Positions 9,684-21,622 of a DNA stretch of 64,000 bases are shown here, in pieces. Positions within the stretch are counted from its first letter, which is position 1. Each line of letters opens with the position of its first letter. Origin of the DNA: Candidatus Hydrogenedentota bacterium (lineage in GTDB: Bacteria > Hydrogenedentota > Hydrogenedentia > Hydrogenedentales > SLHB01); contig CAXXTH010000017.1 in the NCBI GenBank assembly GCA_963668025.2, positions 1,024,001 to 1,088,000 of the forward strand. The letters are read 5' to 3'. The translations under genes were made by a program, and so were the position numbers. A model generated the notes under the pieces. That model saw only the letters and a program-made list of their open reading frames with translations. It made no database searches and was not told the origin of the DNA.

Positions 9684-10358
9684 CTACGAATGCTCTCCGT
9701 ATTCCCGTATCAATTGACCCGCCCATACAAACAACGGCTCCGAGAACTGTTCAAAATCTATATCCTGAGTTTGTTCTTTGAGCTTGGCCGAGGCCTCGAG
9801 TATGTGTTGTTCCCGTGGAGGCAGCAGCGTCAGCAGCTCCTTTTTCGTCTTGATATAGACGCCCGCGCGTTCAAAATAAACGGCCTGCACCACAAAGACC
9901 GCCGCCTTATATAGAGATTTCAGAATTCCCAAATCCTTTTCATGTACGATGTTGTGGCCGCACATATGATACATATTGCATGCGCCAATCCGAATGGCGC
10001 GCCGGATATCCTCCTTCTTGAGCATCGGACGCAAGTAGTCAATGCTTCCATAAAGTGGCGTTGTATCATGGTAAAACTGAAACAGATCGGATTTTTCCCA
10101 ATCCATGAGTTCCTGTTTGCCTGAGATGAACCCGCAGACTTTATCCCGATAAGGCAATGCTGAAATAGCATCATCATACGATCTCAGGTCCTGTACTGTT
10201 GCTTCGTCCAGAATGACCACCACGTCGATGTCGCTGTCTGCTGTAGCTTCGTTCCGGCCATAACTGCCCTGCAAACCCACAAACACCAGCCGCTCTCCAA
10301 ACAGCTCTTTTACCGTCTGAATATATTGTTGAATCCAAATGCCGATATCGAAACTCAT
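9684..10358 (-). CDS. Nucleotidyltransferase domain protein (Pol-beta superfamily)
   Basis: GLQGSYGRNEATADSDIDVVV = GS...DxD motif; GGAGA RBS. Confidence 0.85.
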   Translation of the reverse strand: MSFDIGIWIQQYIQTVKELFGERLVFVGLQGSYGRNEATADSDIDVVVILDEATVQDLRSYDDAISALPYRDKVCGFISGKQELMDWEKSDLFQFYHDTTPLYGSIDYLRPMLKKEDIRRAIRIGACNMYHMCGHNIVHEKDLGILKSLYKAAVFVVQAVYFERAGVYIKTKKELLTLLPPREQHILEASAKLKEQTQDIDFEQFSEPLFVWAGQLIREYGEHS

Positions 10359-10556
10359 GGAATTCTCCTGTTTTTGCCATTACCCGATCTGACATAAGTT
10401 ATGCGCACTGCACATTTCCGCCATGCCAGTAGCGTGATTTCCCCTGATCGCGTAGATAGTGGGATGCTTGCGAGCCGGTGCATACAAATACTGCATATTT
10501 TCATGCTCATTCATTCCAGGCCGCCGCATGATTCCTTTCACCTATTTAGTGAGATC

Positions 10557-10587
10557 ACATGGCATGGGCGTCCCACCCATGCCATGT
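10557..10587. repeat. REP variant forming an extended hairpin
   Basis: ACATGGCATGGGCGTCCCACCCATGCCATGT. Confidence 0.75.
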
Positions 10588-10845
10588 AGAGTGCATATAT
10601 CCTTTTTATCCGGCGATATGGGATCGATGCGAGCTTGCGTTCCGACGCGGCCTTAGGTATACTCAGTATACTTTATAAACATTTGGCCCTTTCTACTCGT
10701 GTGAACGGAAACTACAAGATATTGGGTTATTCGATCATCGTTCTAGTTTCGTTTATGTTTTTCGATGTGAAAAAGCAGGCCTGTTTGCCGTTCTGTTTTT
10801 TGATATACTGATCAGTGCTGCGGATACGTCAATTAGGGGAATGAC

Positions 10846-11814
10846 ATGAAGCGATTCCTTGCGAAACACTCGCCGCTTGTAATTTTTGCCGTATTGTGTA
10901 TTGTGCTGGCGTTTCTGAGTGAGAATTTCGGCAGCGCATCCAACCTGCAAAGCGTGTCGATGCGCACCTGTGTGGTGTCCATTGTGGCGGTGGGCCAGGT
11001 GTTGGTCATTATTTCGGGCGGCATCGATCTTTCCGTGGGAAGCGTGGCGGCGTTGGGGGGCATCATGGCCGCATGGGTCATGAACAGTGCTTGTTGGGGT
11101 GGAGCGGGCGTTCATCCGCTGTCGCAAACCATCGCGGGGGTGTTGGCCGGGGCAGGCGCGGGTATGTTGTGCGGGCTGCTCAATGGCCTGTTGGTGACCG
11201 CGGGGCGCATCCCGCCATTCATCGCCACGCTGGGCATGATGATGGCGGCGCGCGGAGTGGCGTTGCTGGTGGCGGGCGGCAGCCCGATTTATAATTCGCC
11301 CGTGCCGTACCGGTATCTTGGCGGCACCCGGGGCTGGTGGATTCCGGTGGTGATCGCGGGAGGCATCATGCTGGTGTTCGCCATCGCGCTGGCCACGACT
11401 CGTTTTGGACGGCATCTGTTCGCCACGGGCGGAAATGCCTTGAGCGCGCGGCTGAGCGGCATCCGGGTGGACAGGGTCCGGCTGGCGGCCTATTCCCTAT
11501 GCGGCCTGCTCGCTGGTTTTGCGGGCTGCGTGCTCGCTTCGCGTACGGGCATTGCTGATCCCACGGCGGCGGAGGGCATGGAGCTGGACGCCATCGCGGC
11601 TTGCGTGATTGGAGGCGCGAGTCTGATGGGCGGAGAAGGCGGTGCGATTGGAACCGTGGCGGGCGCGCTGATCATGAACGTGCTGGTCAATTATTGCAAC
11701 CTGGAGAACATCGATTCCTATTGGCAGAAAGTGCTGATTGGCGTATTGATAGTAGCGCTGGTGTGTTACGACACGTATCGCAAACGCCGGGCAGGGCTGT
11801 TGCGGGATGAATAA
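10846..11814 (+). CDS. Sugar ABC transporter permease (RbsC/AraH family)
   Basis: GGIDLSVGS, IPPFIATLG, T.FGR, ELDAIAACVIGGASL.GGEG. Confidence 0.92.
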   Translation: MKRFLAKHSPLVIFAVLCIVLAFLSENFGSASNLQSVSMRTCVVSIVAVGQVLVIISGGIDLSVGSVAALGGIMAAWVMNSACWGGAGVHPLSQTIAGVLAGAGAGMLCGLLNGLLVTAGRIPPFIATLGMMMAARGVALLVAGGSPIYNSPVPYRYLGGTRGWWIPVVIAGGIMLVFAIALATTRFGRHLFATGGNALSARLSGIRVDRVRLAAYSLCGLLAGFAGCVLASRTGIADPTAAEGMELDAIAACVIGGASLMGGEGGAIGTVAGALIMNVLVNYCNLENIDSYWQKVLIGVLIVALVCYDTYRKRRAGLLRDE

Positions 11815-11822
11815 TCTTAATC

Positions 11823-11845
11823 GTATCATGGGCGTCCCGCCCATG
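11823..11845 (+). repeat. REP singlet
   Basis: GTATCATGGGCGTCCCGCCCATG. Confidence 0.8.
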
Positions 11846-12017
11846 CCAGCCGGGCCGCGATGCCGTTTAGCTGCGCCATGATGCGCTAAAGATTTTGCTG
11901 CGAATGCCCTGTTTTTCTAGATGCGGCGATGCCTCAAGAAAAAGTTGGCATTCTATATGCTTTTTATGGTATTATACAGTTTCCGTTACAGGAAGCCGCG
12001 AAGCCGGATATACAGGC

Positions 12018-12046
12018 TTGACAAAGCAATATGAGTATGCTAACGT
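12018..12046 (+). promoter_or_regulatory. Sigma70-type promoter for rpoBC
   Basis: TTGACA-N17-TAACGT with TG extension. Confidence 0.65.
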
Positions 12047-12189
12047 TGCCGTTTGTGCGTCCAATGATATCCAATAGGTCTTTTCGAGAGGCCCGAGTTT
12101 TTCTCGGGGCTCTCTTCGTGTGTCTGTTCAGCGCCGTGGCCTAGGCAGGTTACAGGTGCGCACTAACCAAACCACGAGGGGTTAACCGC

Positions 12190-15100
12190 ATGGCTGTCGC
12201 TCCCCAAATAACTCGAGGGCGTCCTTCTTTGGGCCGTATACCGGACCAGATGGATCTCCCCGACCTGATTGAAATTCAGACCAAGTCGTACGCGGATTTC
12301 CTTCAATGGGAAGTGCCGCCCGAAGAGCGCCATCCGATCGGGCTCCAGGAGGTATTCCTGGACGTGTTTCCCATCTCATCGCCAGACGGCATGACGCGCC
12401 TGGAGTTTGTCTACTATTCTTTTACGCCGCCGAAATACACGGTGCAGGAGTGCCAAGAGCGCGGGCTTACCTATGCGGCCTCGCTGAAGGCGTTGCTGCG
12501 CCTGGTGCGGTATGAGGAAGTCGGAAGCTCGGGCGAAATGCGCGAGCGGCTGATGGTCGAGCAGGAAGTATTCTTGGGCGAACTGCCCATGATGACGCCT
12601 ACGGGCACTTTCATCATTAATGGCGCGGAGCGCGTGATTGTAAGCCAGCTCCATAAATCGCCGGGCGTGTCCTTCGAGACCAAGCTGCACCAGAATGGGC
12701 GTTCGCTGCTCACCGCGCGTATCATCCCGTATCGCGGCGCATGGCTCGAATTTGAATATGATATTAACGATATTCTGTGGCTGACGATTGACCGGCGTTC
12801 GCGCATTCTCGCCACGGCTTTTCTTCGTGCTTTCGGATTCCAGGATAACGCGGGCATTCTCCAGCTTTTCTACAAAATGGAGACCGCTATTCTGGGCCGC
12901 ACCCGTGTGAAAATTGACACCAAATCCATCGGAGTCGAGGAGTTGGTGGGCCGCATACTGGGCGAAGACGCCGTCGATGACGAAACGGGCGAGATTCTGG
13001 CCGAAGCGGGCGATGAACTGAACCAGGCCGCCGTGGACCGCTTGTTAGCCTCCACCGCAAAAGAGATTCAGCTTCTTCGCCATGAGGATGTCACCAAGGA
13101 TTCCTCGATCATCCATACGCTGGCGCTGGATAACACCCAGACAGAAGAAGACGCCCATCGCGAGATTTACGCGCGTATCCGCCCCGGCGATCCGGCCACG
13201 GACGCCACGACGCGCAACTTCTTCCAGAAGCTGTTTTTTGATGCCAGCCGTTACGATTTCGCGTCGGTTGGACGTTATAAGATCAACCGCAAGTTGGGTT
13301 TGCGTATTTCGCAAGAGATCAAAACCCTCACGAAAGAAGATGTGATCGCCACGCTGCAATACCTGGTGCGCCTGCGCACGGGTGAGGGCGTGCTCGATGA
13401 TATCGACCATTTGGGCAACCGCCGTGTGCGCGCCGTGGGCGAATTGCTGGGCAACCAAGTCCGCATCGGCCTGGTGCGCATGGAGCGCACGGTCCGCGAG
13501 CGGATGAACTTCCAAGAAGAAGATCAGCTTACACCCCAGAGCTTGGTGAATCCCAAACCGGTGAGTGCGGTCATCAAGGATTTCTTTGGCCGCAGCCAGC
13601 TCAGCCATTTCATGGACCAGATCAATCCCCTTGCCGAGCTGACGCACAAGCGCCGTCTGAGCGCGTTGGGCCCGGGCGGCTTGAGCCGGGATCGCGCCGG
13701 ATTCGAGGTGCGCGACGTACACGCCACGCACTATGGCCGTATTTGCCCCATCGAGACCCCTGAAGGCCCGAACATCGGTTTGATGGCGTCCTTATCGACC
13801 TATGCCCGCATCAACGAGTATGGCTTTTTGGAAACGCCGTATACGAAGGTCGAGAATGGGTCGGTCACGCACACCATCGAAATGCTTTCGGCCTACGATG
13901 AAGATAATTATATCATCGCCCAGGCCAATGAACCCGTTGACAAACGGGGCCGCTTCAGCAATGCGCAAGTGCTGGCGCGCCGCCGGGGCGATGTCCCGCG
14001 CGTCGAGCCGGAGCAAGTGGACTACATGGACGTGTCGCCCAAGCAGTTGGTAAGTGTGGCGGCCGCCTTGATCCCCTTCCTCGAGCATGACGACGCGAAC
14101 CGCGCCCTCATGGGTTCGAACATGCAGCGCCAAGCGGTGCCGCTGTTGCGCGCCGAATCCCCCTATGTGGGCACGGGCCTCGAACATGTGACCGCTAAAA
14201 ACGCCGGTACGGTCGTCAAAGCCGACCGCCCTGGCGTGGTCGAATATGCGGACGGCGAAGTGATCCGCGTCCGCCATATCGCTGCGGGAAAAGAGAAAGA
14301 CGAGAATCCTTTCCGGGCGGATGAAGATGTGTACCGCCTGAAAAAGTACGTGCGCTCGAATCAAAACACCTGCATTAACCAGCGTCCCATCGTTCAAAAA
14401 GGCGATGTCGTCGAAGCGGGGCAGATTATCGCGGATGGCCCGGCGGCGGATCATGGCGAGCTGGCCCTTGGACGCAACGTGCTTGTGGCGTTCGTGCCTT
14501 GGGAAGGATACAACTTCGAAGACGCCATCCTCATTAGCGAGGATTTGGTGAAAGAAGACACCTTCACCTCGATTCATATCCAGGTGTTCGATATCGAAGC
14601 CCGCGACACCAAGCTGGGTCCCGAGGAAGTCACCCGCGATATTCCGAATGTCAGTGAAGACGCCCTCAAGAATCTCGATGAGAGCGGCGTAGTGCGCATT
14701 GGCGCAAAAGTGAAGCATGGCGATATTCTGGTCGGCAAGGTTACTCCGAAAGGCGAGACCGAGCTTGCTCCCGAAGAAAAGCTCCTGCGTGCTATTTTCG
14801 GTGAAAAGGCCGAAGATGTGCGTGATGCCTCTCTCACGGTGCCGCCAGGTTGTGAAGGCGTGGTGGTGGATGTCAAAGTGTGCAGCCGCCGCGACAAAGG
14901 TTCGGATAATGCGGCCAAGAACTCGTTGACCGCCCAAGTGACGCGCCTCAAGCGGGAATACCAAGACCAGATCAACGCCATTCGCGATACGTTCGTGCGC
15001 TTGATGAAAGATGACCTCATTGGCCGCAAGATCCTCGAGGATGTCGTCGATCATAAAACCGATGAGCTGGTGCTCGAAAAGAACAAGAAGGTCAAGGTTT

Positions 15101-16053
15101 CCCATATCGAGAAGGCCGAATATAGCGTCCTGGCCCGCTTGCGCATGGAAGACAAGAAAATACAAGAAAAGCTTACCCGCTTGGTGAATATGGCGGCCAT
15201 GGAAGAGGCCAAGCTGGTGGCGTTCCGCGATAGCAAAATCGAAACGCTCCGCAAAGGCGATGAACTGCCTCCCGGCGTGATCAAGCTGGTGAAGGTGTTT
15301 GTGGCCACGAAACGCCGCCTTTCCGTGGGCGATAAAATGGCCGGGCGCCACGGCAATAAGGGCGTTATCTCGCGGATTATGGCTGTGGAAGATATGCCGT
15401 TCCTGCCAGATGGAACGCCTGTGCAGATTGTGTTGAATCCGCTGGGCGTGCCTTCGCGCATGAATGTGGGCCAGGTGCTCGAAACGCACTTGGGCTGGGC
15501 AGTCAAACAGCTTGGATTCAAAGTGGCTACGCCGGTGTTCAACGGCGCTTCCGAAGAGGTGATACGGGAATACCTCCGCAAGGCGGGCTTGCCGGAATCG
15601 GGCAAGACCAAACTGCTGGATGGACGCACGGGACGAAGATTCGACCAAGAGGTGACGGTCGGCCAAATCTACATGATGAAGCTGAATCACTTGGTCGATG
15701 ACAAGATTCACGCGCGCGCCATCGGGCCGTATTCGCTCGTGACGCAGCAGCCACTCGGCGGTAAAGCCCAGTTCGGCGGCCAGCGTTTCGGCGAAATGGA
15801 AGTGTGGGCGCTTCAAGCGTATGGCTCCGCCTATACGCTGCAAGAATTACTGACCGTGAAGTCGGACGATATTCAGGGCCGCACGAAGGCTTATGAGGCC
15901 ATCGTAAAGGGCGACAAAGATGTCGAGCCTGGCACGCCAGAATCGTTTAATGTGCTTATTCGAGAGATGCAAAGCCTTTGCCTGGACGTAATTAAGCTGG
16001 TCCGGGTTGAGGATGGCAGCGAAGGTGACGAAGAAGAAACGCTGGAGGGCTAA
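12190..16053 (+). CDS. rpoB: RNA polymerase beta subunit
   Basis: [55 protein letters not shown]. Confidence 0.99.
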   Translation: MAVAPQITRGRPSLGRIPDQMDLPDLIEIQTKSYADFLQWEVPPEERHPIGLQEVFLDVFPISSPDGMTRLEFVYYSFTPPKYTVQECQERGLTYAASLKALLRLVRYEEVGSSGEMRERLMVEQEVFLGELPMMTPTGTFIINGAERVIVSQLHKSPGVSFETKLHQNGRSLLTARIIPYRGAWLEFEYDINDILWLTIDRRSRILATAFLRAFGFQDNAGILQLFYKMETAILGRTRVKIDTKSIGVEELVGRILGEDAVDDETGEILAEAGDELNQAAVDRLLASTAKEIQLLRHEDVTKDSSIIHTLALDNTQTEEDAHREIYARIRPGDPATDATTRNFFQKLFFDASRYDFASVGRYKINRKLGLRISQEIKTLTKEDVIATLQYLVRLRTGEGVLDDIDHLGNRRVRAVGELLGNQVRIGLVRMERTVRERMNFQEEDQLTPQSLVNPKPVSAVIKDFFGRSQLSHFMDQINPLAELTHKRRLSALGPGGLSRDRAGFEVRDVHATHYGRICPIETPEGPNIGLMASLSTYARINEYGFLETPYTKVENGSVTHTIEMLSAYDEDNYIIAQANEPVDKRGRFSNAQVLARRRGDVPRVEPEQVDYMDVSPKQLVSVAAALIPFLEHDDANRALMGSNMQRQAVPLLRAESPYVGTGLEHVTAKNAGTVVKADRPGVVEYADGEVIRVRHIAAGKEKDENPFRADEDVYRLKKYVRSNQNTCINQRPIVQKGDVVEAGQIIADGPAADHGELALGRNVLVAFVPWEGYNFEDAILISEDLVKEDTFTSIHIQVFDIEARDTKLGPEEVTRDIPNVSEDALKNLDESGVVRIGAKVKHGDILVGKVTPKGETELAPEEKLLRAIFGEKAEDVRDASLTVPPGCEGVVVDVKVCSRRDKGSDNAAKNSLTAQVTRLKREYQDQINAIRDTFVRLMKDDLIGRKILEDVVDHKTDELVLEKNKKVKVSHIEKAEYSVLARLRMEDKKIQEKLTRLVNMAAMEEAKLVAFRDSKIETLRKGDELPPGVIKLVKVFVATKRRLSVGDKMAGRHGNKGVISRIMAVEDMPFLPDGTPVQIVLNPLGVPSRMNVGQVLETHLGWAVKQLGFKVATPVFNGASEEVIREYLRKAGLPESGKTKLLDGRTGRRFDQEVTVGQIYMMKLNHLVDDKIHARAIGPYSLVTQQPLGGKAQFGGQRFGEMEVWALQAYGSAYTLQELLTVKSDDIQGRTKAYEAIVKGDKDVEPGTPESFNVLIREMQSLCLDVIKLVRVEDGSEGDEEETLEG

Positions 16054-16057
16054 GACC

Positions 16058-19000
16058 TTGGCGAAGTATGTTGCAACGACAGGCGAGCGTTTCGACGCTT
16101 TGCAGATCCGGCTGGCTTCCCCCGAGGAGATCCTCAAGTGGTCTCGCGGCGAGGTCAAAAAGCCGGAGACGATCAATTACCGCACCTTCAAGCCGGAAAA
16201 GGATGGGCTCTTCTGTGAGCGCATTTTCGGCCCAGTGAAAGACTGGGAGTGCGGATGCGGCAAATATAAAAAGGTCAAACACCGGGGCATTACATGCGAC
16301 CGGTGCGGAGTCGAAATTACCGAATCTAAAGTGCGCCGCGAGCGCATGGGCTGCATTAAGCTGGCCGTGCCCGTGACCCATATTTGGTTCTTTAAGACGA
16401 CCCCGAGTTGTATCGGCAATCTGCTCGATTTGTCGATCCGTGTGCTCGAGCGCATCATTTACTTCGAGAACTATATCGTCATAGATCCTGGCGACACCAG
16501 CCTCGAAAAGATGCAGACGCTTACGGAAGACGAGTATCAAGACGCCCGCGAGGAATGGGGCGACCGCTTCGCGGCCAAGATGGGCGCGGAAGCCATCAAG
16601 ATGTTGCTGGATGAAATTGACATCGAGCAACTGAGTGAAGAGCTGCATGGCCAGATCACCATCACTTCTTCGCAGCAAGCCCGCACGAAGGCCATCAAAC
16701 GGCTGAAAGTCGTCGAGGCCTTGCGCAAATCAGGCAATCATCCCACGTGGATGGTCCTGGATGTAGTCCCCGTTATTCCGCCGGATCTGCGCCCGCTGGT
16801 GCCTCTCGAGGGCGGCCGATATGCGACGAGCGATCTGAACGATCTGTATCGCCGGGTGATCAACCGCAACAACCGCCTTAAACGGCTCATCGAACTGCGC
16901 GCGCCGGAAGTGATCCTGCGGAATGAAAAGCGCATGCTCCAAGAAGCCGTGGATGCCCTGTTCGATAACGGGCGGCATGGCCGCACCGTGCTGGGCGCGG
17001 GCAACCGGCCCCTTAAATCCTTGAGCGACATGCTGAAAGGCAAGCAAGGCCGCTTCCGCCAGAACTTGCTGGGCAAGCGCGTGGACTACTCGGGCCGCTC
17101 GGTTATCGTGGTGGGCCCCGAGTTGAAACTGCACCAGTGCGGTTTGCCGAAAAAGATGGCCCTCGAGCTTTTCGAGCCGTTCATCATTCGTGAGTTGAAA
17201 GAGCGGGGCATCGCCTCGACCATCAAGGCCGCCAAGCGATGTATCGCCCAAGGCCGCGAGGAAGTGTGGGATATCCTGGAAGAGGTGATTGCGGACCACC
17301 CCGTCTTGCTCAACCGCGCACCGACGCTCCACCGCTTGGGCATTCAGGCGTTCGAGCCGGTCCTGATTGAAGGCAAGGCCATTCGCATCCATCCGCTGGT
17401 GTGCGCCGCCTTCAACGCGGACTTTGACGGCGACCAAATGGCCGTGCATGTGCCCCTAATGCCTGCGGCGCAACTCGAAGCGCGCCTGCTGATGCTGTCG
17501 TCCACGAACGTGTTCTCGCCTTCAAACGGGCGGCCTATCGTGACGCCTTCGCAAGATATCGTGTTGGGCATTTCTTATATGACCAAGCACAGGCCAGGCG
17601 CAAAGGGCGAATGGAAGCCCGAATGGAGCGGTCCAAACGGCGTTATTCTCCAGCCGGGCCGCCTGTATCATGACCTGGCTTCGGTGATTCTCGCCCACGA
17701 AATGGGTGCGGTTGATCTACATGCCGCGATAAAAGTGCTATGCGGCGGCCAGCTTGTCGATACAACCGTTGGCCGTGTCTTGTTCTGTGAAGCCCTGTTG
17801 GATGAAGTGACGCTGCATGATGTGAATGCGGAGCAAGACAAAGGTTCCATCGGTGACATCATTGCGAACGCTTATGCGCGCAATGGCCACGCGAGGACCG
17901 TTAAGCTCCTCGATTTGCTGAAACGGGTCGGCTTCAAATACGCCACTTTGGCGGGCATCTCCGTTGGCATTTGCGATGTATTGGTGCCTGAAGAGAAGAA
18001 AGAGCTTATCCTGGCCGCGGAAAAAGAAGTGGCTCGGATCGACGATATGTATCAAAACGGGCTTATCACCGAAGGTGAGCGCTACAATAAAGTGATTGAC
18101 CAATGGACTTCCACGGCGGAAGCCGTTTCCACGGCCATGCTTAAACGTATGGCGGAGAATGAGCAGGGCTTTACCGGCATCTATTTAATGCTGTCCTCCG
18201 GCGCACGCGGTACGAAGCAGCAGGTGCGCCAGCTTGCGGCCATGAAAGGCCTCATGGCGAAGCCCTCGGGCGATATCATCGAATCGCCCATCACGTCCAA
18301 TTTCCGTGAAGGCCTGACCGTGCTCGAATACTTCATCTCGTCCCACGGCGCCCGTAAAGGCTTGGCCGATACGGCTCTTAAGACCGCTGACGCGGGGTAT
18401 TTGACCCGCCGCCTTGTGGATGTAGCTCAGGATGTGGTCATTCAAGAATTCGACTGCGGCACCCTCAATGGCATCTGGGTGGAAGCCCTCATGGACGGCA
18501 CCGACATGGTGTCCCCGCTCGAAGAGCGTATAGTCGGTCGGCATGCCTTGGATGATATCACGGTGCCGGGTGAGGCGGAGCCCATTGTGGCCGCTGGCGA
18601 AGTGATTACGGAAGAAAAGGCCAAACTTATTGTCAAAAAAGGACTTCCAACGGTCCGCATCCGCTCGGTGCTGACCTGCACCTCGAAGCGGGGCGTGTGC
18701 CAGCTTTGTTACGGCTCCAATCTGGCGACAGGCAACCTGGTGGAATTGGGTGAAGCGGTAGGCATTGTTGCCGCTCAATCCATCGGTGAGCCGGGCACCC
18801 AGCTTACCATGCGCACCTTCCATATCGGTGGCGCGGCAAGCCGCCAGGTCGAAGCCAGCGAAGTGCGCATGTCCGAGACCGGCTCCATCGAATACAACAA
18901 TGTCCGCACGGCCATGAACCGCGATGATAAACGCATTGTGGTGAATCGCGGCGGTGAAATCATCGTGCGCAATTCGGATGGCAAGGAAGTGCAGCGCTAC

Positions 19001-20191
19001 GCGGTTCCTTCTGGCGGTTTCTTACTGGCTGAAAACAATCAGAAGGTCAAGAAAGGCCAGACCATCTTTACGTGGGATCCGTATAACGTTTCGATTGTCG
19101 CCGAGGCTACGGGCTCTATTCGCCTCGAGGGCATGATTGAAGGCGTGACGATGCGCAAAGACATCAATCCGGATACCGGCCTCGAAGAGCGCGTAATCAC
19201 CGAGCATAAGCAAGACTTGCATCCGCAGATCACCATTCAAGGCGAAGGGAAGGAAGTGCTTTGTTTCGCGACCATTCCCGCTCAAACGCACGTGATGGTG
19301 ATGGATGGGCAGGATGTTCAAGCGGGCGATTTGCTGGCCAAGACCCCGCGCCAGTTTAGCAAAACCAAGGATATCACGGGCGGCTTGCCCCGCGTGGCCG
19401 AGTTGTTCGAGGCGCGCCAGCCTAAAGACCCGGCCATCATTAGCCATATTGACGGCATGGTCGAATTGGGCGGCGCGGCCAAGGGCATGCGCAAAGTCAA
19501 GGTCATTCCCCCGGTGGGTAAAGAGCGTGAATATACGATTCCGCCCGGCAAGCACCTCAACGTGCAGGCGGGCGATCGGGTGTACGCGGGACAGCGCCTG
19601 ACGGACGGCCCGGTGATTCCCCAGGACATTTTGGATGTCCAAGGCGAACACGCCTTGCGCAAATACTTGCTCGATGAAATCCAGCAAGTGTACCGCCTGC
19701 AAGGCGTTCGTACGAACGATAAGCATATCGAGGTGATTATCCGCCAGATGCTGCGTAAAGTGCGTATCAAAGACGATCCAGGCGATTCGCCGTTCTTGGC
19801 CCATGAAGAAGTGGACAAGATCCGCTTCCAGGAGACGAACGAACAGGTGCGCGCCAAAGGCGGGCGTCCCGCCGAGGCGGAGCCTATCCTGCAAGGCATC
19901 ACCAAGGCCGCCCTGAGCACGGAAAGCTTCGTAGCTGCAGCGTCCTTCCAGCAGACCACCCGCGTCCTTACAGAGGCGGCCCTGTCGGGCAAGCGCGATT
20001 TCCTGCGCGGCCTGAAAGAGAATGTGATTATCGGCCACTTGATCCCGGCTGGTACAGGAAGCCCGCATCATCAGAATACGACTTCGGTGCTGACGGAAGA
20101 CTTGCTGGCGGATTTCACCGAGCATCTCGAGGTCGGCCCCAGTTTGGAAGAACCGATGATGCTGGATGAGGAAGAAGACGCCACGGCATAG
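16058..20191 (+). CDS. rpoC: RNA polymerase beta' subunit
   Basis: [12 protein letters not shown] active site, Zn ribbons; TTG start after GGAGG. Confidence 0.99.
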   Translation: MAKYVATTGERFDALQIRLASPEEILKWSRGEVKKPETINYRTFKPEKDGLFCERIFGPVKDWECGCGKYKKVKHRGITCDRCGVEITESKVRRERMGCIKLAVPVTHIWFFKTTPSCIGNLLDLSIRVLERIIYFENYIVIDPGDTSLEKMQTLTEDEYQDAREEWGDRFAAKMGAEAIKMLLDEIDIEQLSEELHGQITITSSQQARTKAIKRLKVVEALRKSGNHPTWMVLDVVPVIPPDLRPLVPLEGGRYATSDLNDLYRRVINRNNRLKRLIELRAPEVILRNEKRMLQEAVDALFDNGRHGRTVLGAGNRPLKSLSDMLKGKQGRFRQNLLGKRVDYSGRSVIVVGPELKLHQCGLPKKMALELFEPFIIRELKERGIASTIKAAKRCIAQGREEVWDILEEVIADHPVLLNRAPTLHRLGIQAFEPVLIEGKAIRIHPLVCAAFNADFDGDQMAVHVPLMPAAQLEARLLMLSSTNVFSPSNGRPIVTPSQDIVLGISYMTKHRPGAKGEWKPEWSGPNGVILQPGRLYHDLASVILAHEMGAVDLHAAIKVLCGGQLVDTTVGRVLFCEALLDEVTLHDVNAEQDKGSIGDIIANAYARNGHARTVKLLDLLKRVGFKYATLAGISVGICDVLVPEEKKELILAAEKEVARIDDMYQNGLITEGERYNKVIDQWTSTAEAVSTAMLKRMAENEQGFTGIYLMLSSGARGTKQQVRQLAAMKGLMAKPSGDIIESPITSNFREGLTVLEYFISSHGARKGLADTALKTADAGYLTRRLVDVAQDVVIQEFDCGTLNGIWVEALMDGTDMVSPLEERIVGRHALDDITVPGEAEPIVAAGEVITEEKAKLIVKKGLPTVRIRSVLTCTSKRGVCQLCYGSNLATGNLVELGEAVGIVAAQSIGEPGTQLTMRTFHIGGAASRQVEASEVRMSETGSIEYNNVRTAMNRDDKRIVVNRGGEIIVRNSDGKEVQRYAVPSGGFLLAENNQKVKKGQTIFTWDPYNVSIVAEATGSIRLEGMIEGVTMRKDINPDTGLEERVITEHKQDLHPQITIQGEGKEVLCFATIPAQTHVMVMDGQDVQAGDLLAKTPRQFSKTKDITGGLPRVAELFEARQPKDPAIISHIDGMVELGGAAKGMRKVKVIPPVGKEREYTIPPGKHLNVQAGDRVYAGQRLTDGPVIPQDILDVQGEHALRKYLLDEIQQVYRLQGVRTNDKHIEVIIRQMLRKVRIKDDPGDSPFLAHEEVDKIRFQETNEQVRAKGGRPAEAEPILQGITKAALSTESFVAAASFQQTTRVLTEAALSGKRDFLRGLKENVIIGHLIPAGTGSPHHQNTTSVLTEDLLADFTEHLEVGPSLEEPMMLDEEEDATA

Positions 20192-20254
20192 CGCCGTGGC
20201 GGCGGGACCCTCCGCTTCAAAAAAAGGGGAGTAGAAGTTTTTTTCACTTTTTGC

Positions 20255-20283
20255 TTGACATGACCGATTCTATGTGATAGATT
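20255..20283 (+). promoter_or_regulatory. Sigma70-type promoter of the str operon
   Basis: TTGACA-N17-TAGATT, TG extension, T-rich UP-like tract upstream. Confidence 0.7.
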
Positions 20284-20383
20284 AATCGGCCGCTGTCTAG
20301 AGGGGCATGGTGCGCTGGCAATTTTTGTCGGCCGCCGTTTCCGAGTAGAGATTGGCTCTATCTTGGCCAAAGGAGACTAGGTT

Positions 20384-20806
20384 TTGCCGACCATTAACCA
20401 ACTGGTTCGAAACTGCCGTAAGAAGGTAGAGACGAAGACGAAGTCGCCCGCATTGAAGCGTTGTCCGCAAGCTTCAGGCACATGCACCCGTGTGTACACG
20501 GTAACACCCAAAAAGCCGAACTCGGCTTTGCGCAAGGTGGCCCGTGTGCGCCTCAAGAACGGCATGGAAGTGACGGCGTATATTCCTGGCGTTGGGCACA
20601 ACCTGCAGGAGCACTCGCAGGTGATGATTCGCGGCGGCCGCGTTAAAGACTTGCCGGGCGTGCGCTATCACCTTATTCGCGGCGTGCTGGACGCCAATGG
20701 CGACTGCGGCGGTACAGCCAGTTTGAAAGATGACGGCGGCAAGAAAATTCATAAAGGCCGCTGGGTTAGCCGTTCCAAGTACGGCGTGAAACGGCCTAAG
20801 GGCTGA
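20384..20806 (+). CDS. rpsL: 30S ribosomal protein S12
   Basis: [31 protein letters not shown]. Confidence 0.99.
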   Translation: MPTINQLVRNCRKKVETKTKSPALKRCPQASGTCTRVYTVTPKKPNSALRKVARVRLKNGMEVTAYIPGVGHNLQEHSQVMIRGGRVKDLPGVRYHLIRGVLDANGDCGGTASLKDDGGKKIHKGRWVSRSKYGVKRPKG

Positions 20807-20827
20807 GGTAGGGAGGAATAGCACCCC

Positions 20828-21301
20828 ATGCCGAGAAGACGTGAAGTCCCGAAGCGGATACCGCTTCCGGACCCGAAATATAAAAACGTAATCCTTGCCA
20901 AATTTATCAACACCGTAATGGTGTCGGGCAAGAAAAGCGTTTCCGAAGCGATAGTGTATGGCGCGTTGGATGTGCTGAAGGCCAAAGGAGCCAAAGAAGA
21001 ACCCATCCGGGTATTCGAGACGGCTATCGATAACGCCAAGCCGATCCTGCAAGTGAAGTCCCGCCGAGTGGGCGGCGCCACTTATCAGGTTCCGGTTGAA
21101 ATCGCACCGAAGAACCAGCAAGCGCTGGCATTCCGCTGGATTATCGAGTTCTCCCGCAAGCGCGGTGAAAAAACGATGGCTGAACGCCTTGCCGCTGAAT
21201 TGCTGGATTGCTATAACAAGCAAGGCAATACCATCAAACGCCGGGAAGATACGCATCGCATGGCGGAAGCCAATAAGGCATTTGCCCACTTGCGTTTCTA
21301 G
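20828..21301 (+). CDS. rpsG: 30S ribosomal protein S7
   Basis: [22 protein letters not shown]. Confidence 0.99.
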   Translation: MPRRREVPKRIPLPDPKYKNVILAKFINTVMVSGKKSVSEAIVYGALDVLKAKGAKEEPIRVFETAIDNAKPILQVKSRRVGGATYQVPVEIAPKNQQALAFRWIIEFSRKRGEKTMAERLAAELLDCYNKQGNTIKRREDTHRMAEANKAFAHLRF

Positions 21302-21622
21302 CGGGAATCCGCTTCCGCCTTTTCGCGGAGAGCGTAGCATAGTTTGAATTTATGCCGCATGCGCTTCAGGGTGCTATCGGCTTATACCATGCAACGGGTG
21401 CCATGCGCCTAGAACAGTTGAATCTTAGCCAAACAAGGACGTTCGCCGGAAAAGTGCTTCGGATAGCCTCGGCGGGCCAACTTCAAGCGGATGGCGTTAA
21501 GAATCATGCAATTACAAGCAACAGAAAGCGAGAGCAGGCGCTTAGCCTGTGATAACACCCCGGTCTCTGGGTTTCCAGAGGCAGTGGTGTCGCTTTAAGT
21601 TGCTGGAAAGGTCTACGTTTCA

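Noticed and set aside
13792-15843. 683-aa antisense ORF, and similar long reverse ORFs over rpoC, tuf and the pil genes
   Set aside because: Shadow frames of GC-biased conserved genes; no recognisable motifs
21352-21552. 66-aa ORF between rpsG and fusA
   Set aside because: No RBS or recognisable motif; it overlaps the predicted RNA structure
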